Part shown: piece after piece, positions 26,344-52,365 of the stretch | Numbering within the stretch: position 1 is the stretch's first letter | Layout of the letters: each line of letters begins with the position of its first letter | NCBI GenBank assembly: GCA_965112155.1 | Contig: OZ218106.1 | DNA length: 64,000 bases | Direction: 5' to 3' (one strand) | DNA from: Podarcis liolepis | Taxonomy: Eukaryota | The notes under the pieces: generated by a model | Database searches by the model: none | What the model was told of the DNA's origin: nothing | The model's input: the letters and a program-made list of their open reading frames with translations, nothing else | Translations under genes and position numbers: made by a program

Positions 26344-29300
26344 TATCAAATCAGAATGGCTTGCTGAAGCAGATCCTTTCACACTTGCACGATTCCAATA
26401 TTCTTAGGATAGCCATCTCATCTTCCACATTTGCCAACATAGTGCAGCTATAGGCTCCAAACTGCTAAAGACGGACTGAAGCATGAATTTCTAAAGTAGA
26501 AATTAGATGGAAATTACATCCTATTCTGCCCACCCACCCGAGAATGATGGCTTCAGATATAAAATTGCTGATTACTGTTCAAAACACTCAGGGCTGGCAG
26601 TCAAATCTCTGCCCCCTACACATAGGTTGCTCCAGCTCTCCAAACAGCTCTATAGTGTCCATGATCAATCTGAATCCCTGCACATGGACAGCGGCAGAGC
26701 AAGCCAATCAGGTGCCTGGGCAAGCTGGGGCAGGACACTCCACGGGTCCTCCAAGGAGCCTGCCTCCTCCTCCCACTCAGCCACGCTACAGCTGAGGGGG
26801 AGGCAGTGGGCAGACTGTTTGGGGCAGCACAGAGCCTGCGGGCGCCGAAGCCACCGCGTGATTCCCAGGATAGATGAGTGGCTCAGGCGCGCTGTAGGCC
26901 CCGTGGTGAGTGCTGCCCAGCATTTTGTCACCCCCCTCAGCAGAGACACCCAGGAAAAACCACCCCCACCGCACACCCCTTTCTCTGCCAGTGCACATGG
27001 ATCCTTCTGGAAAGGGGGCTACTGAGACCCCCAATAATAACCACTCCCAGCCCTGAGTACTATGTGATGTGGACTTGCTCTTTGCAGGGGATCTTGCCCA
27101 CTGGACCCCAGAGATAGATGGAGAAAGGTAAGGGGCTGCTAGTTGTTGGGATCTCCTGTAACCACTAGGCCCCATTGTCATCCTCCTGCTTGTTTGCCTT
27201 GCAGACATACAACTATGGAGATGGAGGAGGAAGCTTTTTTTCTTTTAAACCATTTCTGACATTTATAGTACTATTCTAGGTATATCTATGCAGAATTAGC
27301 CCTACTGAGTCCAGGAGGACCCATAGGTAAGCATATATAGAATTGCTTCCTAAATTGCTTTCTGATAAGATAACGCTTCAACTGCCTTGATTAAAATGTA
27401 CTAAGAGTTTTTACATTTCCCTAACACAGAGCTAGCATGTCTGCTATTGGTTTGACTAGAAGGAGGCTCCTTTCTCCATTTTCTGCTTAATGAACTGGTC
27501 AGACAAGAATGTTTGTTTTAGTTGGATGTCATCATAAACCGTGTGACACACGCAGACCATCCAATCAAGCATTGCCACGTTCAGAGGCTGAGCAAACTGG
27601 ACCTCAGCTCAGGGCCCACATTGCAAGGAGTGACCCAGAGCCAGCTGTTTGCTTTCTGCTATGATGCAATCGCAGTCACTACCAGTAAGAGGAGGAGAAG
27701 TAAGTTGCTTTCTAGCTCATAGAAACTTTTCATTTTTCATCACGCCCTATCGAGCGTTGTGGTGTGAGTGAACAAGCAATGAAAGGCGGAGCATGTTCTG
27801 GATACCTCAGACGAGGGTAAAACTACACATCCTATGCAGTTTTAAGAATCTTTGTGAAATGTTCTCTCCAATGCTGAGGCTGACAATGGTTGAGGGCAGG
27901 CAGGAGGCAGATGATGTTTCAAAGCCCTTTCTCTCTTGTTCAGCTTAACCCCTGGAAATCGCCCTTCAAGCTGCTCTAACCTCCTTGGGGAAAAATATAT
28001 ATCTGTAGTCCAATGCTATTTTTCTAGAAAAAGAGGTGCGGGAACTCACTATGAACTCCTCCCTTGTTTGCTTATAATGGCAATGGTGTTCACCTGAGAG
28101 GCGTTGAAACTGAGTTCTGGCTGGAAAAAAAAAAGCCCTGCTGAAGTCATGTCTTTTCTCCAGCAGGGGTAAAATCAGTTGGTTGTGGCAATATTCAGAG
28201 GAAAAGTGGGAGAGGGTTACAAATCCCTCCCCCCCCCCCATCAGCCATATAAACACAGCCTCAGGCTGCACGGTTTCCCCAAGCAATCATGATTCATCCC
28301 AAGTCACTGTAGCAAACATATGCAGAGCAAAGCCAAATGAACACAGTGAGAGCAAACAGGATGTACCCAGATAGGAAGCAAGGCTACAGCAAGCCTGGGA
28401 TGCGAAGCCAGGAAGTGACCTTGGCAGAGGGACTTGAAGCTACTGAACGGGAAGAGGCTGTGCCCGTGACATAACCCTTTTGTCTTCACAGCAGACATGG
28501 AGATGTTCCATCTCCCTCTGCCCTGATACTCAAGGTTGCAAAGTCCACAGTCCAGGGTATGACATCTCAGCAGCTACAAGGCTGGACCTAGCTCCACTCC
28601 AGCAGGACTGTTGTTTGGCTCCAGTGCCATGTTTCTGTAGGGCAGCTTGATGCCTCTTCCTCTAACAGTCTCTCTGTGTAGTGTGAAGCAGAGAGACCCA
28701 CACCCACCCACACCTCAAAATTGTGTGAAAGTGCAAGTACAAAACTATAAAATCAAATTGTCACCATTAAACCATAACATGCAACCGGATTAACCAGATG
28801 GCCTTTTCCTTTCTGGCTGGTAGAAAGTAAAGCACTATAGAAGCACTCAGCTTCTGGAGCCTGCCATTGCCTCCTCTCCTCTTGTCTTGCATTTGGTCCC
28901 CCAAGGCAAAGGATTCTCCTGAAATAATAAAGGAATCTCCTGGAAAAATAAAGGAGACTCCTACAGAAAAGCCATCTATTTGGATGAAATTGGAGTCCTT
29001 AAATGGAACAGGTGAAACGGGAGAGTACTCTAGCTATGACAACTGCATTTACTGGTTATCGAAGGAAGAGAGGTTTGTATTCCTGCTTGCGTTTGGTGTG
29101 TGTGTGTGCTACCACCTTTCAGCTTGTTAATTTTCTGGGGGGTTGCTGCCTGTGTAAGGGAATGTGATTTGGAAAGTTAGCAGGGTGCTTGCAAGGGACG
29201 GTGTGATCACAGTGTGCCTTTTGCAGCAGTGTTTAAAAGCAGCAGACAATATTAGAGTAAAACCCAAATTTTGAAAGTTTGCAAATATAAGCTGCATTTT

Positions 29301-29590
29301 AACTGTTCACGGGCAGAATTTGGGGAAAAGGTGCATCTTATATTCAGGCCAGTACAGTATTTTATGTTTTGTTCCCCCCCCCCATTAAATGGTATTCTGT
29401 ATTCTATTTTCTTGAATAATTGTTTTATATAGAACTGATTATTTTAAAATAAGGTTACTAAGAAAAGGAATGTTCTATCATTGGGATTATACTCATCTTT
29501 CCCTTTTTTATATGACTGTGTTGTATACCAAAGATATAATACAACAGAGGCACAGTGAGAAGACACTGTCACTTACTTCAACAGTACTCT

Positions 29591-30210
29591 GTTAATGATT
29601 AGATGGAATTGAGTAACCATGTTTAACAAATAAAACCAGGACTTGGGAAACTTACTGTGAAAGTTCAAAGCTCTTTTAAAGTTAAGCTCTCCCCCCCCCC
29701 CGAAAGACTTAACAAGCCCTCAAAACATAATGTTTCATTTTAATTTAAAATGTGAACGTTTGATTGCCTGAATTATAGGTTTACTGCTAGAAAGTATTTC
29801 TTGTTACCTTCATAATATGCATTTCATTAGTTTCTTTTTTCAGAATTGCTTTCAGAATTTGAACTCTTATACATGGCATTCTACTTTCAGCAATTAAGGA
29901 TGTTCTTGACTCCATGAAAAAGACACTGATCCGTTTGTCTGTCATTTTACTCAACTTTGATTTCAAACTTTGTGCGTGGCTGAAAATGATCAGTTGGGTG
30001 CAACTGCAGCACAAGTTGCTCACTGTGACCCCTTGACCTTTATGACCATTTCTTCAGTTCTTCTTTGGGTTGAACCAAGGTCAGTCGACAAAACAAATAT
30101 TTCATGGAGTTTGTTTCAGGATATACTCTATGATTGTAGCTGAATGACAAGAGGAACGGCTATTGAATAGGGGGATTGGCTTAAATCATGGGATCAGGTT
30201 ACACAAAAAC
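29591..30210 (+). promoter_or_regulatory. Candidate liver-type TDO2 promoter
   Basis: HNF1-like GTTAATGATTAGA (29591), DR1/HNF4-like AGTTCAAAGCTCT (29662), TGACC half-site cluster (30026-30047), NR5A site CCAAGGTCA (30075), FOXA-like AACAAATA (30092), C/EBP-like GTTACACAA (about 30198). Motif matches only. Confidence 0.5.
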
Positions 30211-30291
30211 GGTTCTGCTAGCATTTAGGAAATGTCAATATATTTTACCTCCAGGTGATTCTGACTCAGTGTGTTATTAGATTCTGGAGTC

Positions 30292-43124
<12,833 letters not shown>

Positions 43125-43282
43125 AAATCTTCCATGTCTGCTCCTTGTAAATAACTGAATGAAGCTCGGTCCTTTAACATTATACTTTATGCATACAGTA
43201 TGTAACAGTATAGAAATCCATATCTATTTATGTGCAATGTACTATAGCATCTAAAGCACAATAATCAGCTCCACAATTTATA

Positions 43283-43288
43283 AATAAA
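43283..43288 (+). terminator. Candidate TDO2 polyadenylation signal
   Basis: First AATAAA, about 160 nt after the stop, with T/GT-rich sequence downstream. Confidence 0.55.
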
Positions 43289-43554
43289 ATTTAGAGATGA
43301 TGAGGCAAACAACTCAGATCCATTTATTTTAATGCTTTGAACTGTTGTTGTTGTTGTCCCTGTTTAACAATGTTCTGTCTGATTTGCTAAGCTTGCTCAG
43401 ATAACTATTTTAGGCTGCTGTCCTATACCCATTTACTTAGGAGGAAGCCCTACTGCACTCATTGAGGCTTTTGTTTAGACATGTATTTCGGTTGTACTAT
43501 TGAGTTTTGTGATTGTGAAGATAATGTTTTAATGTGACATGCCTTGGGAGGTGT

Positions 43555-43605
43555 AAATAAAATAAAAATAAATAAAATAAAAATAAATAAAATAAAAATA
43601 AAAAT
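43555..43605. repeat. (AAAAT)n-like simple repeat
   Basis: Seen directly in the sequence. Confidence 0.9.
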
Positions 43606-46600
43606 CTACCCTGTAGTATCGAGTAACTGAAGAAATAAGGTAGCAAAATCTATATAATCCTCTTTTCAGCGATAATAACATGCAGTACCACTTACCACAT
43701 TGATCTTCTATACTGCATAGAGACAATCAATTCCACATTATGTTATTAAGGTAATAGAGTAATGCTATGAGAGACTCCAGGACTCCTTACTGAGGGACTG
43801 AGCTAATATTTGACTTGGCTTAGGAAGACACAACATCATTTTGTACATAATGCTTGGCATATATTATGACGCAATCACAGCTGAATTTCATCCTTCTCCA
43901 ATTATAAGTGACTAAAAAAAAGAAGGATGCCAGCCTTTATAATTATGGATACAAATAAGAAACCATGATTTTTTTTCATGATTCTTTATTATAAAAATTA
44001 TAAATGTTCAACTCAGGTAACTTTTATTTATTCATATTTTAATCCAAATTGATTGCTAAGGCACCACAGTTTTTCCTAAGTGCTTGGAAGTACTGGCATT
44101 TTGTGATCTAATGTTAATTTTAAGCATTTCAAAATACTATTCATTTTTGCATGTGAATCCAGTGTAGAACCAAAAAGAAGGGAACAACACACCTGACAAT
44201 TAAAAGAGAAGTCAGATTGCCAATATTAAAGGGATAAACAAAGACTTAAATATGCTACTCTAGGGCCTATACGAAACAGAAGTGATGTCATTTCCCCAGA
44301 GAACATAAATGCTTAAGAACAGAAGCAAAAGGAGAGCTCAGCAGTAGCAGAAAATCAGAGAAAACACAGCTGCTGACTGGATGCCTCTAGGGGTTGATTC
44401 ACAATTTCTGCACCACAGATAAAGTTACAAAGTATATTGCTAGGTGGAAAAACATGCACCCTATGCATTCAACACTCACCTAATTTTGACTTTAATTTGT
44501 AAAAGGCTTTGCAACTTTGATTGTTTTTTGCCTACATGACAATCTTGTGAGATGGATTATTGTTGTTCCCATTTTATAGACAGGGAACCAAGGTAGAGAG
44601 TGTGATTTGCCCAAGACCACGCAGCAGGTACCTGGTATTTGATGAACTCTGGTCTCCCAGACACAAACCCAGCTCTCTTATCTAATGGGTCACAATAGCT
44701 CAACTCTTATTTGAAATATTTTGCTAATCATGAGTAAGGTCAGGGTTTTGAAAACTGAGACATGAACTTGTAATACCGTATATAAAATGCCTTCTTTTTC
44801 CATAAGTGATGGTCTGGAGTACATTGCCGAGCTGTTATTCAGCTCCCAAAAATAAATGTTTATGGCAATGACTGAAAGAGGATGCTTTGATTTGATTTGT
44901 TATGGTCTCAGGGCACACAGGTCTCTTCCTGAAAGTAAAACTCCTTCATCATGGGGAAAGCAGTGGCTGAAATGTGTGCCACAAAGCTTTTACTTAGAGC
45001 AGCCACTTCACATAAGCACATCAGAAACTTCACCAGCAATACCTAGGAGGCAGCAAAATCAAGGCTACCATTTGATTGTTAGAGGAATCCTTCTTTAAGT
45101 ATTCTTGCAACACCTTCTCTTACTCCTTTGCTCCTGTCCTGCCCTTTCGTTTTAGATCGGATATATTTCCAATAGGGAGTTAAATGATGGGGGATTGAAG
45201 GGGGTCACAACATATGAAATGCTGTTCTGAGTAACTTTATTCACTGCATTTGAAGTATGTGGCAACTGGTTTCAGAGGAATACACAGGGATTTCATCATC
45301 ATATATACTTGAGAATTAATTTCCCCAGCTTTTTCCTCACTGCTAATCTGCTCATGGGCCATTTGCTTTAACAGTGTGTATCTTAGCATATAAGCAAACA
45401 ATCAGACAGGTAGGGCAGCCCTCAAGATGACTGAACCCCACCAGCTTTCCTCATGCTAAGATACTGGTTCCCCACAACCCCACAACTTCTGCACCCCAAG
45501 ACAACAAAACTGAGAGGAGGAATGTGAAATCTGCTTGAAATTACAAATAGGGTCTTGGAATGCAGGCATCAAATCTATGTCTGCAAACCAATTACAATGT
45601 ATTTTGCTCAACTTACCACAGATACTGGAACCCATTTTAATTTGGGCCTAGCTGTCTATTCCCCAAGGGTTCCATACAATCCAATACGGAGTGCTAATAA
45701 AAAAAAAATGTGTTTCAGAGAGGTCAAGTTTCACAAACTTTTGTGGCCATTTGCTGGACTGTCATGGAGAGGCTAAAAACAAAACCTCATGTGAACAAAG
45801 CAGGACCTGGAATCTTGTACAGAATCTGGCTCTTTATCCAGCTTCTAGCACTTCTGTATGCACAAAGGTGTGTTAGATGCACAGACACAATGAGCACATG
45901 ATGCCAGAGAATAAGCAATGCAAAGGGTGGATTATAATTTGGCCTCATACACAGCAATGACAGCGGTTGTGTATATATTTTGTGAATATAAATGGAGTCA
46001 CCAGTGAGTTCCATTATGAACTCCTTGGGGCAGCAGCAGGCTATCTTCCATTTATGCAAAAGCCTTCGCTGGAATGCCTGTGGCTCAACAAAGAGCAGGT
46101 TCTCTCAAAATGGCGTGCAGTGAATTTAGCAGCTGGGATTGGAAAAACTAAATGGACACTTATTGGATTGCATGCATTCCTACAGCTATAGCCAGTAGCA
46201 TTAACCGCCCCACAAGTAGTGTATGTATGTATGTGCTGAGGCCTCTCTTGCCAAGAGTGGGAGGTGGAAACCTTTTCCTTACTTTCCCATCTTCTGTGGA
46301 AAACTGAGCTGGCATGCACATTTTTCTACCTTTGGGCCCACAGCAGCCATTTTGTTGTCACGCTCATGAGACTTAGCTGAAATTCCAAAAGCTCCCATAG
46401 GCTCAAGACTCTGGGGGTACTGCAATTCAGTTAGCTGATTTCAGAGTTTGTACTGTGTGTGTAAAAAGCAGGCATTCCTGCTTGTTACTAAATGTGAAGA
46501 ATGTTACTAATTTTTAAATTGTTGCTGAATTTAGTCTCAGCTACCAAGCATGCTTATGCAGAAGAAAATTCCGCTGAAATCTGGGGGATATACTTCTGAG

Positions 46601-47054
46601 CAAACATGTTTGGAATGGCATTGTGAGTCTCTAAACTGATACATAAGAATAATTTAACTGGCAGATGAAAATGTACTTGTCCTATCAAAACCAGTGATTA
46701 GAACAGCACGACTTGTCTCTCCACTGCGATATTATATGATAACCACTAAATAGCATCTTGACAGCGAAGTGCATTCACAATTACTGTCAAAGGACCCTGT
46801 TTAAGCAGAATTTTCATAATTGTTTTTTCTTGACCACTGGAAGATAGAGAAATAGTCCCTCAGCATCAAAATGCAATCTACCATCAACATAGCTTGAAAA
46901 ATTCCAGCTGCAAAGCAGCTTTTGATTGGAAAGTATCTGGCTGCTAAGGATGGAGAAACTGTCTGATTCTAGTTCAAGAAATGTTTGCTGTTTTAAGTGG
47001 AAGTCCTTGCCACATAAGAGCATGCCAACTATGTTGTTCACAAACATTGAAAAT

Positions 47055-47169
47055 CAGAATAAAAAAATTCCTTCCAGTAGCACCTTAAAGACCAACTAAG
47101 TTAGTTCTTTCTACTGGAAGAAATTTTTTTATTTTGACTATGGCAGACCAACACGGCTACCTATCTGTA
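47055..47169. mobile_element. Penelope-like remnant, same family as 33643-33905, hammerhead core absent
   Basis: aattccttccagtagcaccttaaagaccaactaagttagttctt followed by inverted ...gactatggcagaccaacacggctacctatctgtaa; attgaaaat direct repeat on both flanks. Confidence 0.75.
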
Positions 47170-47537
47170 ATTGAAAATGAGGGATAGCTTGAGCCGGTGG
47201 AAATAATAACTAGTAAAATTTGTTATTGCTACAGAAATTATTATGTGGGAATTGATCAGGAAATATGGATATGATACACTCCCTGGTTTTGATCTAACAG
47301 TATGCTTTTGTAGCCTGGAGCAAAATCCCTGTCTAATAACATGCAGCCTCAATCTGTTTGTCTGCTGATCACTTGCTTATAAGGCGGCAGAGGACCATGG
47401 GCCCACCTGATCAGCTGCAAGCATGCAATGGGCTGTTCAGTAAAGGTATAGATTGGTGCATAACCCCCACCTGGGCATCTGGACAGAAGCATCTCCTTCC
47501 AGATGTCTTTAATAGGATACCCCTTTTTCCTTTGGGA

Positions 47538-47906
47538 GGGACGCAGGTGGCACTGTGGTCTAATCCACTGAGCCTCTTGGGCTTGCTAGTCTGAAGGTCA
47601 GCAGTTCAAATCCATGCGATGGGGTGAGCTCCTGTTGCTCGGTTCCAGCTCCTGCCAACCTACCAGTTCAAAAGCATGCCAAAAAAGTGCAAGTAGATAA
47701 ATGGGTACTGCTCCAGCAGGAAGGTAAATGGCATTTCCGTGCACTGCTCTGGTTTTGCCAGAAGCGGCTTAGTCATGCTGGCCGCATGACCTGGAAAAAC
47801 TGCAGACAAACGCCAGCTCCCTTGGCTTATAAAGCAAGATGGGCGTCACAAGCCCAGAGTCGTCTGCAACTGGACTTAACTGTCAGGGGTCCTTTACCTT
47901 TACCTT
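47538..47906 (+). mobile_element. Sauria SINE, near full length
   Basis: gggacgcaggtggcactgtgg head, cctttacctttacc tail, ttttcctttgg direct repeat on flanks. Confidence 0.85.
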
Positions 47907-47976
47907 TTTTTTTTCCTTTGGAGGGGCAGGCAGATGCTACAATCTCTCCTCCAAGACGAAGGCTTACCAATGCCTA

Positions 47977-48499
47977 AACCCACTTGGACTACTGCAATGC
48001 ACTCTACATGGGGCTACCTTTGAAGGTGACTCAGAAACTACAACTAATCCAGAATGCAGCATCTAGACTGGTGACTGGGAGTGGCCACCGAGACCACATA
48101 ACACCAGTCTTGAAAGACCTTCGTTGGCTCCCAGTACATTTCCGAGCACGATTCAAAGTGTTGGTGCTGACCTTTAAAGCTCTAAATGGCCTCGGTCCAG
48201 TATATCTGAAAAAGCGTCTCCATCCACATCGTTCAGCCCGGACACTGAGGTCCAGCTCCGAGGGCCTTCTGGCAGTTCCCTCACTGTGAGGTTACAAGGA
48301 ACCAGGCAGAGGGTCTTCTCAGTAGTGGCGCCTGCCCTGTGGAACGCCCTCCCATCAGATGTCAAAGAAATAAACAACTATCTGACTTTTAGAAGACATA
48401 TGAAGGCAGCCCTGTTTTGGGAAGTTTTTAACGACTGATGTTTTAATGTATTTTTAATATTTTGTTGGAAGCCGCCCAGAGTGGCTGGGGAAACCCAGC
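47977..48499 (+). mobile_element. L2-clade LINE 3' fragment running into the assembly gap
   Basis: DYCNALYMGLPLKVTQKLQLIQNAASRLV; homologous to 34369-35576. Confidence 0.9.
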
Positions 48500-48643
48500 N
48501 NNNNNNNNNNNNNNNNNNNNNNNNNNNNNNNNNNNNNNNNNNNNNNNNNNNNNNNNNNNNNNNNNNNNNNNNNNNNNNNNNNNNNNNNNNNNNNNNNNNN
48601 NNNNNNNNNNNNNNNNNNNNNNNNNNNNNNNNNNNNNNNNNNN
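48500..48643. other. Assembly gap (144 N)
   Basis: Run of N. Confidence 1.
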
Positions 48644-49734
48644 TTGATTGCTGTAAGACAGGCAAACCCACAAGGTGGGAGTCAATTTGCCAGGTGGGAA
48701 ATTCCTGCCCGGCCCCAAACATGGTGACCAAGGATGCTCATAGCAAGGTCAAAGCAGAATACAAGGCAGGGAGAGTGGGAGATCTGACACCAGAGTGGAT
48801 GAGGTCAGGGTTGGTAGACCTTCTTATATACCCCTGGAATGAACCCAAGCCTGTGGGCTCAGTTGGCCAGTCCCTAAGCCTGCTTGCAATAGGCCAATCT
48901 TCAGGGATGCTAGTATCTACAGCCTGGGACATCAAGGTAGGCTGCAAGCCTCTGATGGCTGGTGGCTGCCACCAAAAAGGGGCCCTGTCATCAGGCTGCG
49001 ACAGGCAGGTGTCACCAACCCACAACACCACCATGAAAGGTAAGGGCAAGTGTATTTCTAGCTATTTGCAAACCTCCCTTCACTCCTTTTTTCTTATTCT
49101 AGTTATTCACAAGAATTTTCTCTGTAGTACTCAGTTAAATAACCTCAAATAAGAACATACCTTGTTGCTTGTACAAGTTGTACTCAGTGTCACTGTTTGC
49201 CCAGGTCACATGACAAAAACAGTGCAAAGGATAGACAAACACTACCGATGCCCTTTTACATATCCCGTATCTGCTTTGTGCACCCCATCCACTTGTCATA
49301 GAAGGCATGCTACTTTCTGACGTTAAAAAGTCATTCTGCTCTACAGTCAATATCTGCTATGCACTGGTCTGCATTTGGAATGTAAAGGAGAATTGTAGGT
49401 GCATTTAATACACAGTGGGCAGAATTCTCTGTACCTGGAGCTCCTACATTTGTGTATGCTATTCAAATTCCAGAAAGGAGGCTGAAGGGGACTGGTTCAT
49501 CCAGTCTTTACCAAAAATTGTCACTTATTAACAGAACCTGTGGATTTCTACGAAATTAATACCTGGTTCAGCTAACTCAGAGCTTGAACAGTGGAGCCAC
49601 CACCACAACAACAAGTACTGTAGGAACAGTCAATGACATATTGCCTATTGAAATCTTCCAAAACATTCACTTACAAAACAAAACAATCTAGTTTCCCTTC
49701 ATGCATTTCTGCTTTATTTCTTTAAAACAAAGTA

Positions 49735-49990
49735 CCGTATTTTTTGCTCTATAAGACTCACTTTTTCCCTCCTAAAAAGTAATGGGAAATGTGTGTGCAT
49801 CTTATGGAGCGAATGCAGGCTATGCAGCTATCACAGAAACCAGAACAGGAAGAGGGATTGCTGCTTTCACTGCGCAGTGATCCCTCTTGCTGTCCTGGCT
49901 TTTGAGATTCAGAATTTCCCCCCCCTTGTTTTTCTCTTCCAAAAATTGGGTGCGTCTTGTGGTCTGCTGCGTCTTATAGCGCGAAAAATA
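49735..49990. mobile_element. TcMar (Tc2-like, CCGTA-ended) MITE
   Basis: ta|ccgtattttttgctctataagac ... gtcttatagcgcgaaaaata; related to 59236-59820. Confidence 0.7.
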
Positions 49991-51978
49991 GCTTGTTGGT
50001 CACATATATTTTATAGTTCTGTACAGACAGGGTAGGATCCTGTGATGTCACACAGTTGACAGGAAGGCTTCTGTCAGTGGAATGGGGTGGGAAGCAATTT
50101 TTAGCCATTTCATGTCACCCTAAACCTCCCTAAATCTGTTGTGGAGGGTCCCCCAAATCTCCAGAGCAGATTTAAGGTGGCGTGGGCACACTAGAGGGAG
50201 AGGAATTGCTGCAAAGCCATACCTCAGCTGAACAACACCACTGGATACAACCCAGTGTGTTTATATGGTCCCTTCCAACTCTACAATTCGATGGTTCTAT
50301 GACATAATTCTCAGTTATATGACAATCTTATTTCCTTTTCAGATTTCTCATTTGTGTCCCTTCAGTCAAGCTTTGCTGGTACAAATGTTTCCATTGACCA
50401 GGCATTGTTCTGTCACAATGGTGGTGGTACAGGTGATTTTTAAATCCCCTCAGTTGTTAGCAACTGCCAAATATTAAGAGGAACTTCCAAAGTCCAATGA
50501 TTACACTTCCACGAGATTAGTTATCTGTGTGATTTTAAAAATACAAAACACACAAACAAAACCTCTCTTACGTTTACATCTCTTGGTGGTAAGAAAGACA
50601 TTCATCATCACACCACAGGGGGAAGTGACCCACAAATTCTGGGGGATAATTCATGGGTTGACAGTGAGGTAGCCCCGTTCATCTGTGTTACTTTCCTGGA
50701 CTAGAGTCCATTTTCAAGATTCATTGTTTCAGTACTGACGCCCTGTGGTGAAAATGAAGAATGCAAAAACTTCCTATTTCCAGTTTAGAACTTGTAGAAC
50801 TGTTATGAAGATTCACTGAAAGGGGTTTGTTGAAAATAGTCTACTAGCAGCTGATTTTCACTGTGAGTCAATTTTACAGCAGTCCATGGAAACACATGTT
50901 AAATTTGGCTTACTTTACTCCTTTTGAATCTATATCAAAACCCACTTTTCCTGCATGTCTTTTGGCTTAACCCTTGAATCCTACTTCCAAACTTCTAGTA
51001 AGCTAAATATCTGCCTGCACTGATCACATTCTTCTCTTCTCTCCCCCAACCTTTTGTTTTTGTTGCTCTCCAGTGTTTGTTTTAAAAGGCAGGCTCATTG
51101 AGAGCAGAGACCTATTTGTCCTATGCTGAATAAATTTCTCACCTCTAATGGTGTTTATACATGTGCCTGAATGTATGGGTGCTTTGATGCCATTGAAACT
51201 GGTATAAAAACTAGAATCTGTCCATACAATTTTTAAGATCCACTGAGTGAAACGATATTCTGCAGCTGAAAGCCTGATTCAGCTTTTGTCCACACGGTTT
51301 CAGGCTTCTAACACTACCAGACTACTAAACACTTCAGATAATCAAGGGTTTCCTGCTGACTCCCAATTCATCTGTTAGTGTGCTCCTTTGTGGTCCTGAT
51401 GTTGCAAATCAGGTACGTACACTGTAGCTTATTTTTGCACAGAAAATAATAAAATTCAATGTGAAGAGATTATCTCTCTGCTGGCCGCTTGGGGGCAGCA
51501 ACGTACCACAGCCAGTGTTAGGTAGAAGGCTGTTGAAAATAAAATAAATGAATCTCAAATTGAGGGGAAGATCTAGCGGCCAAAGCCAGTGTTTCTATGA
51601 GGTTGGACCTAAGTATGAATAAAATAGGCGTATCAAATTTATTTTTTGCTTATGTGACCAGAGAGGACAACATTAGGGCTTTGCATCCAGAATTATAATT
51701 GACCACATTTTGTCAGGATGGAAGAGCAGAGCATGCATTCATTCCTTGGATGGAATTAAGATTTCATCAGAAAGCAGATTAATATTTAGCAGTTGAATGC
51801 AGCAGGAATCTCTGTATCCATGGATGCAGTGCATGCCTGGCCAATTTAAAATGCATGCATAAATAAGATCTAGATTTTGGCTAGGTTACACAGCCGCACA
51901 ATTGCATACAATTGTATAACTAATAACATTATTATTTTCTTTATTTTTGTGTACCCCTTCATGCCTGTAAATAGTATG

Positions 51979-52365
51979 TTTCTGAGCACAATTCAAAGTG
52001 TTGGTGCTGATCTTTAAAGCACTAAACAACCTGAAGGGGCGTCTCCACCCCTATCGTCCAGCCTGGACACTGAGGTCCAGCACTGAGGGCCTTCTGGTGG
52101 TTCCCTCTCTGCAAGAAGAGAAGTTCAAGGAACCAGGCAGAGAGCCTTCTCGGTAGTGGCACTGTGGGACACCCTCCCATCAGATGTCAAAGAAATAAAC
52201 AACTATCTGACGTTTAGAAGACATCTGAAGGCAGCCCTGTTTAGGAAAGTTTTTAATGACTGATGTTTCAATGTATTTTTAATCTTTTGTTGGAAGCTGC
52301 CCAGAGTGGCTGGGGAAAGTCAGCCAGATGGGCGGGGTATAAACAATAAATTGTTGTTGTTGTTG
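51979..52365 (+). mobile_element. L2-clade LINE 3' fragment
   Basis: Homologous to the other L2 copies; (TTG)n tail. Confidence 0.85.

Noticed and set aside
26507-27208. Overlapping 100-170 aa ORFs in a GC-rich patch between ASIC5 and TDO2
   Set aside because: No recognisable domain; open frames are explained by GC content. Probably an unclassified repeat fragment.
30241-30254. Acceptor-like tattttacctccag upstream of the TDO2 ATG
   Set aside because: It might indicate an upstream non-coding exon, but promoter motifs lie immediately upstream and there is no transcript evidence.
48378-49152. Long ORFs spanning the N run
   Set aside because: Artefacts of the assembly gap.
49200-49310. Ig-like reading (DGVHKADTGY, PGQTVTLS) in one minus frame
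   Set aside because: That frame has many stops and no canonical Ig Cys/Trp spacing; the domain type of this segment is unresolved.
50572-50742. In-frame TGA codons read as selenocysteine
   Set aside because: Stops and frameshifts occur in all frames and no SECIS was recognised; decay is the simpler explanation.
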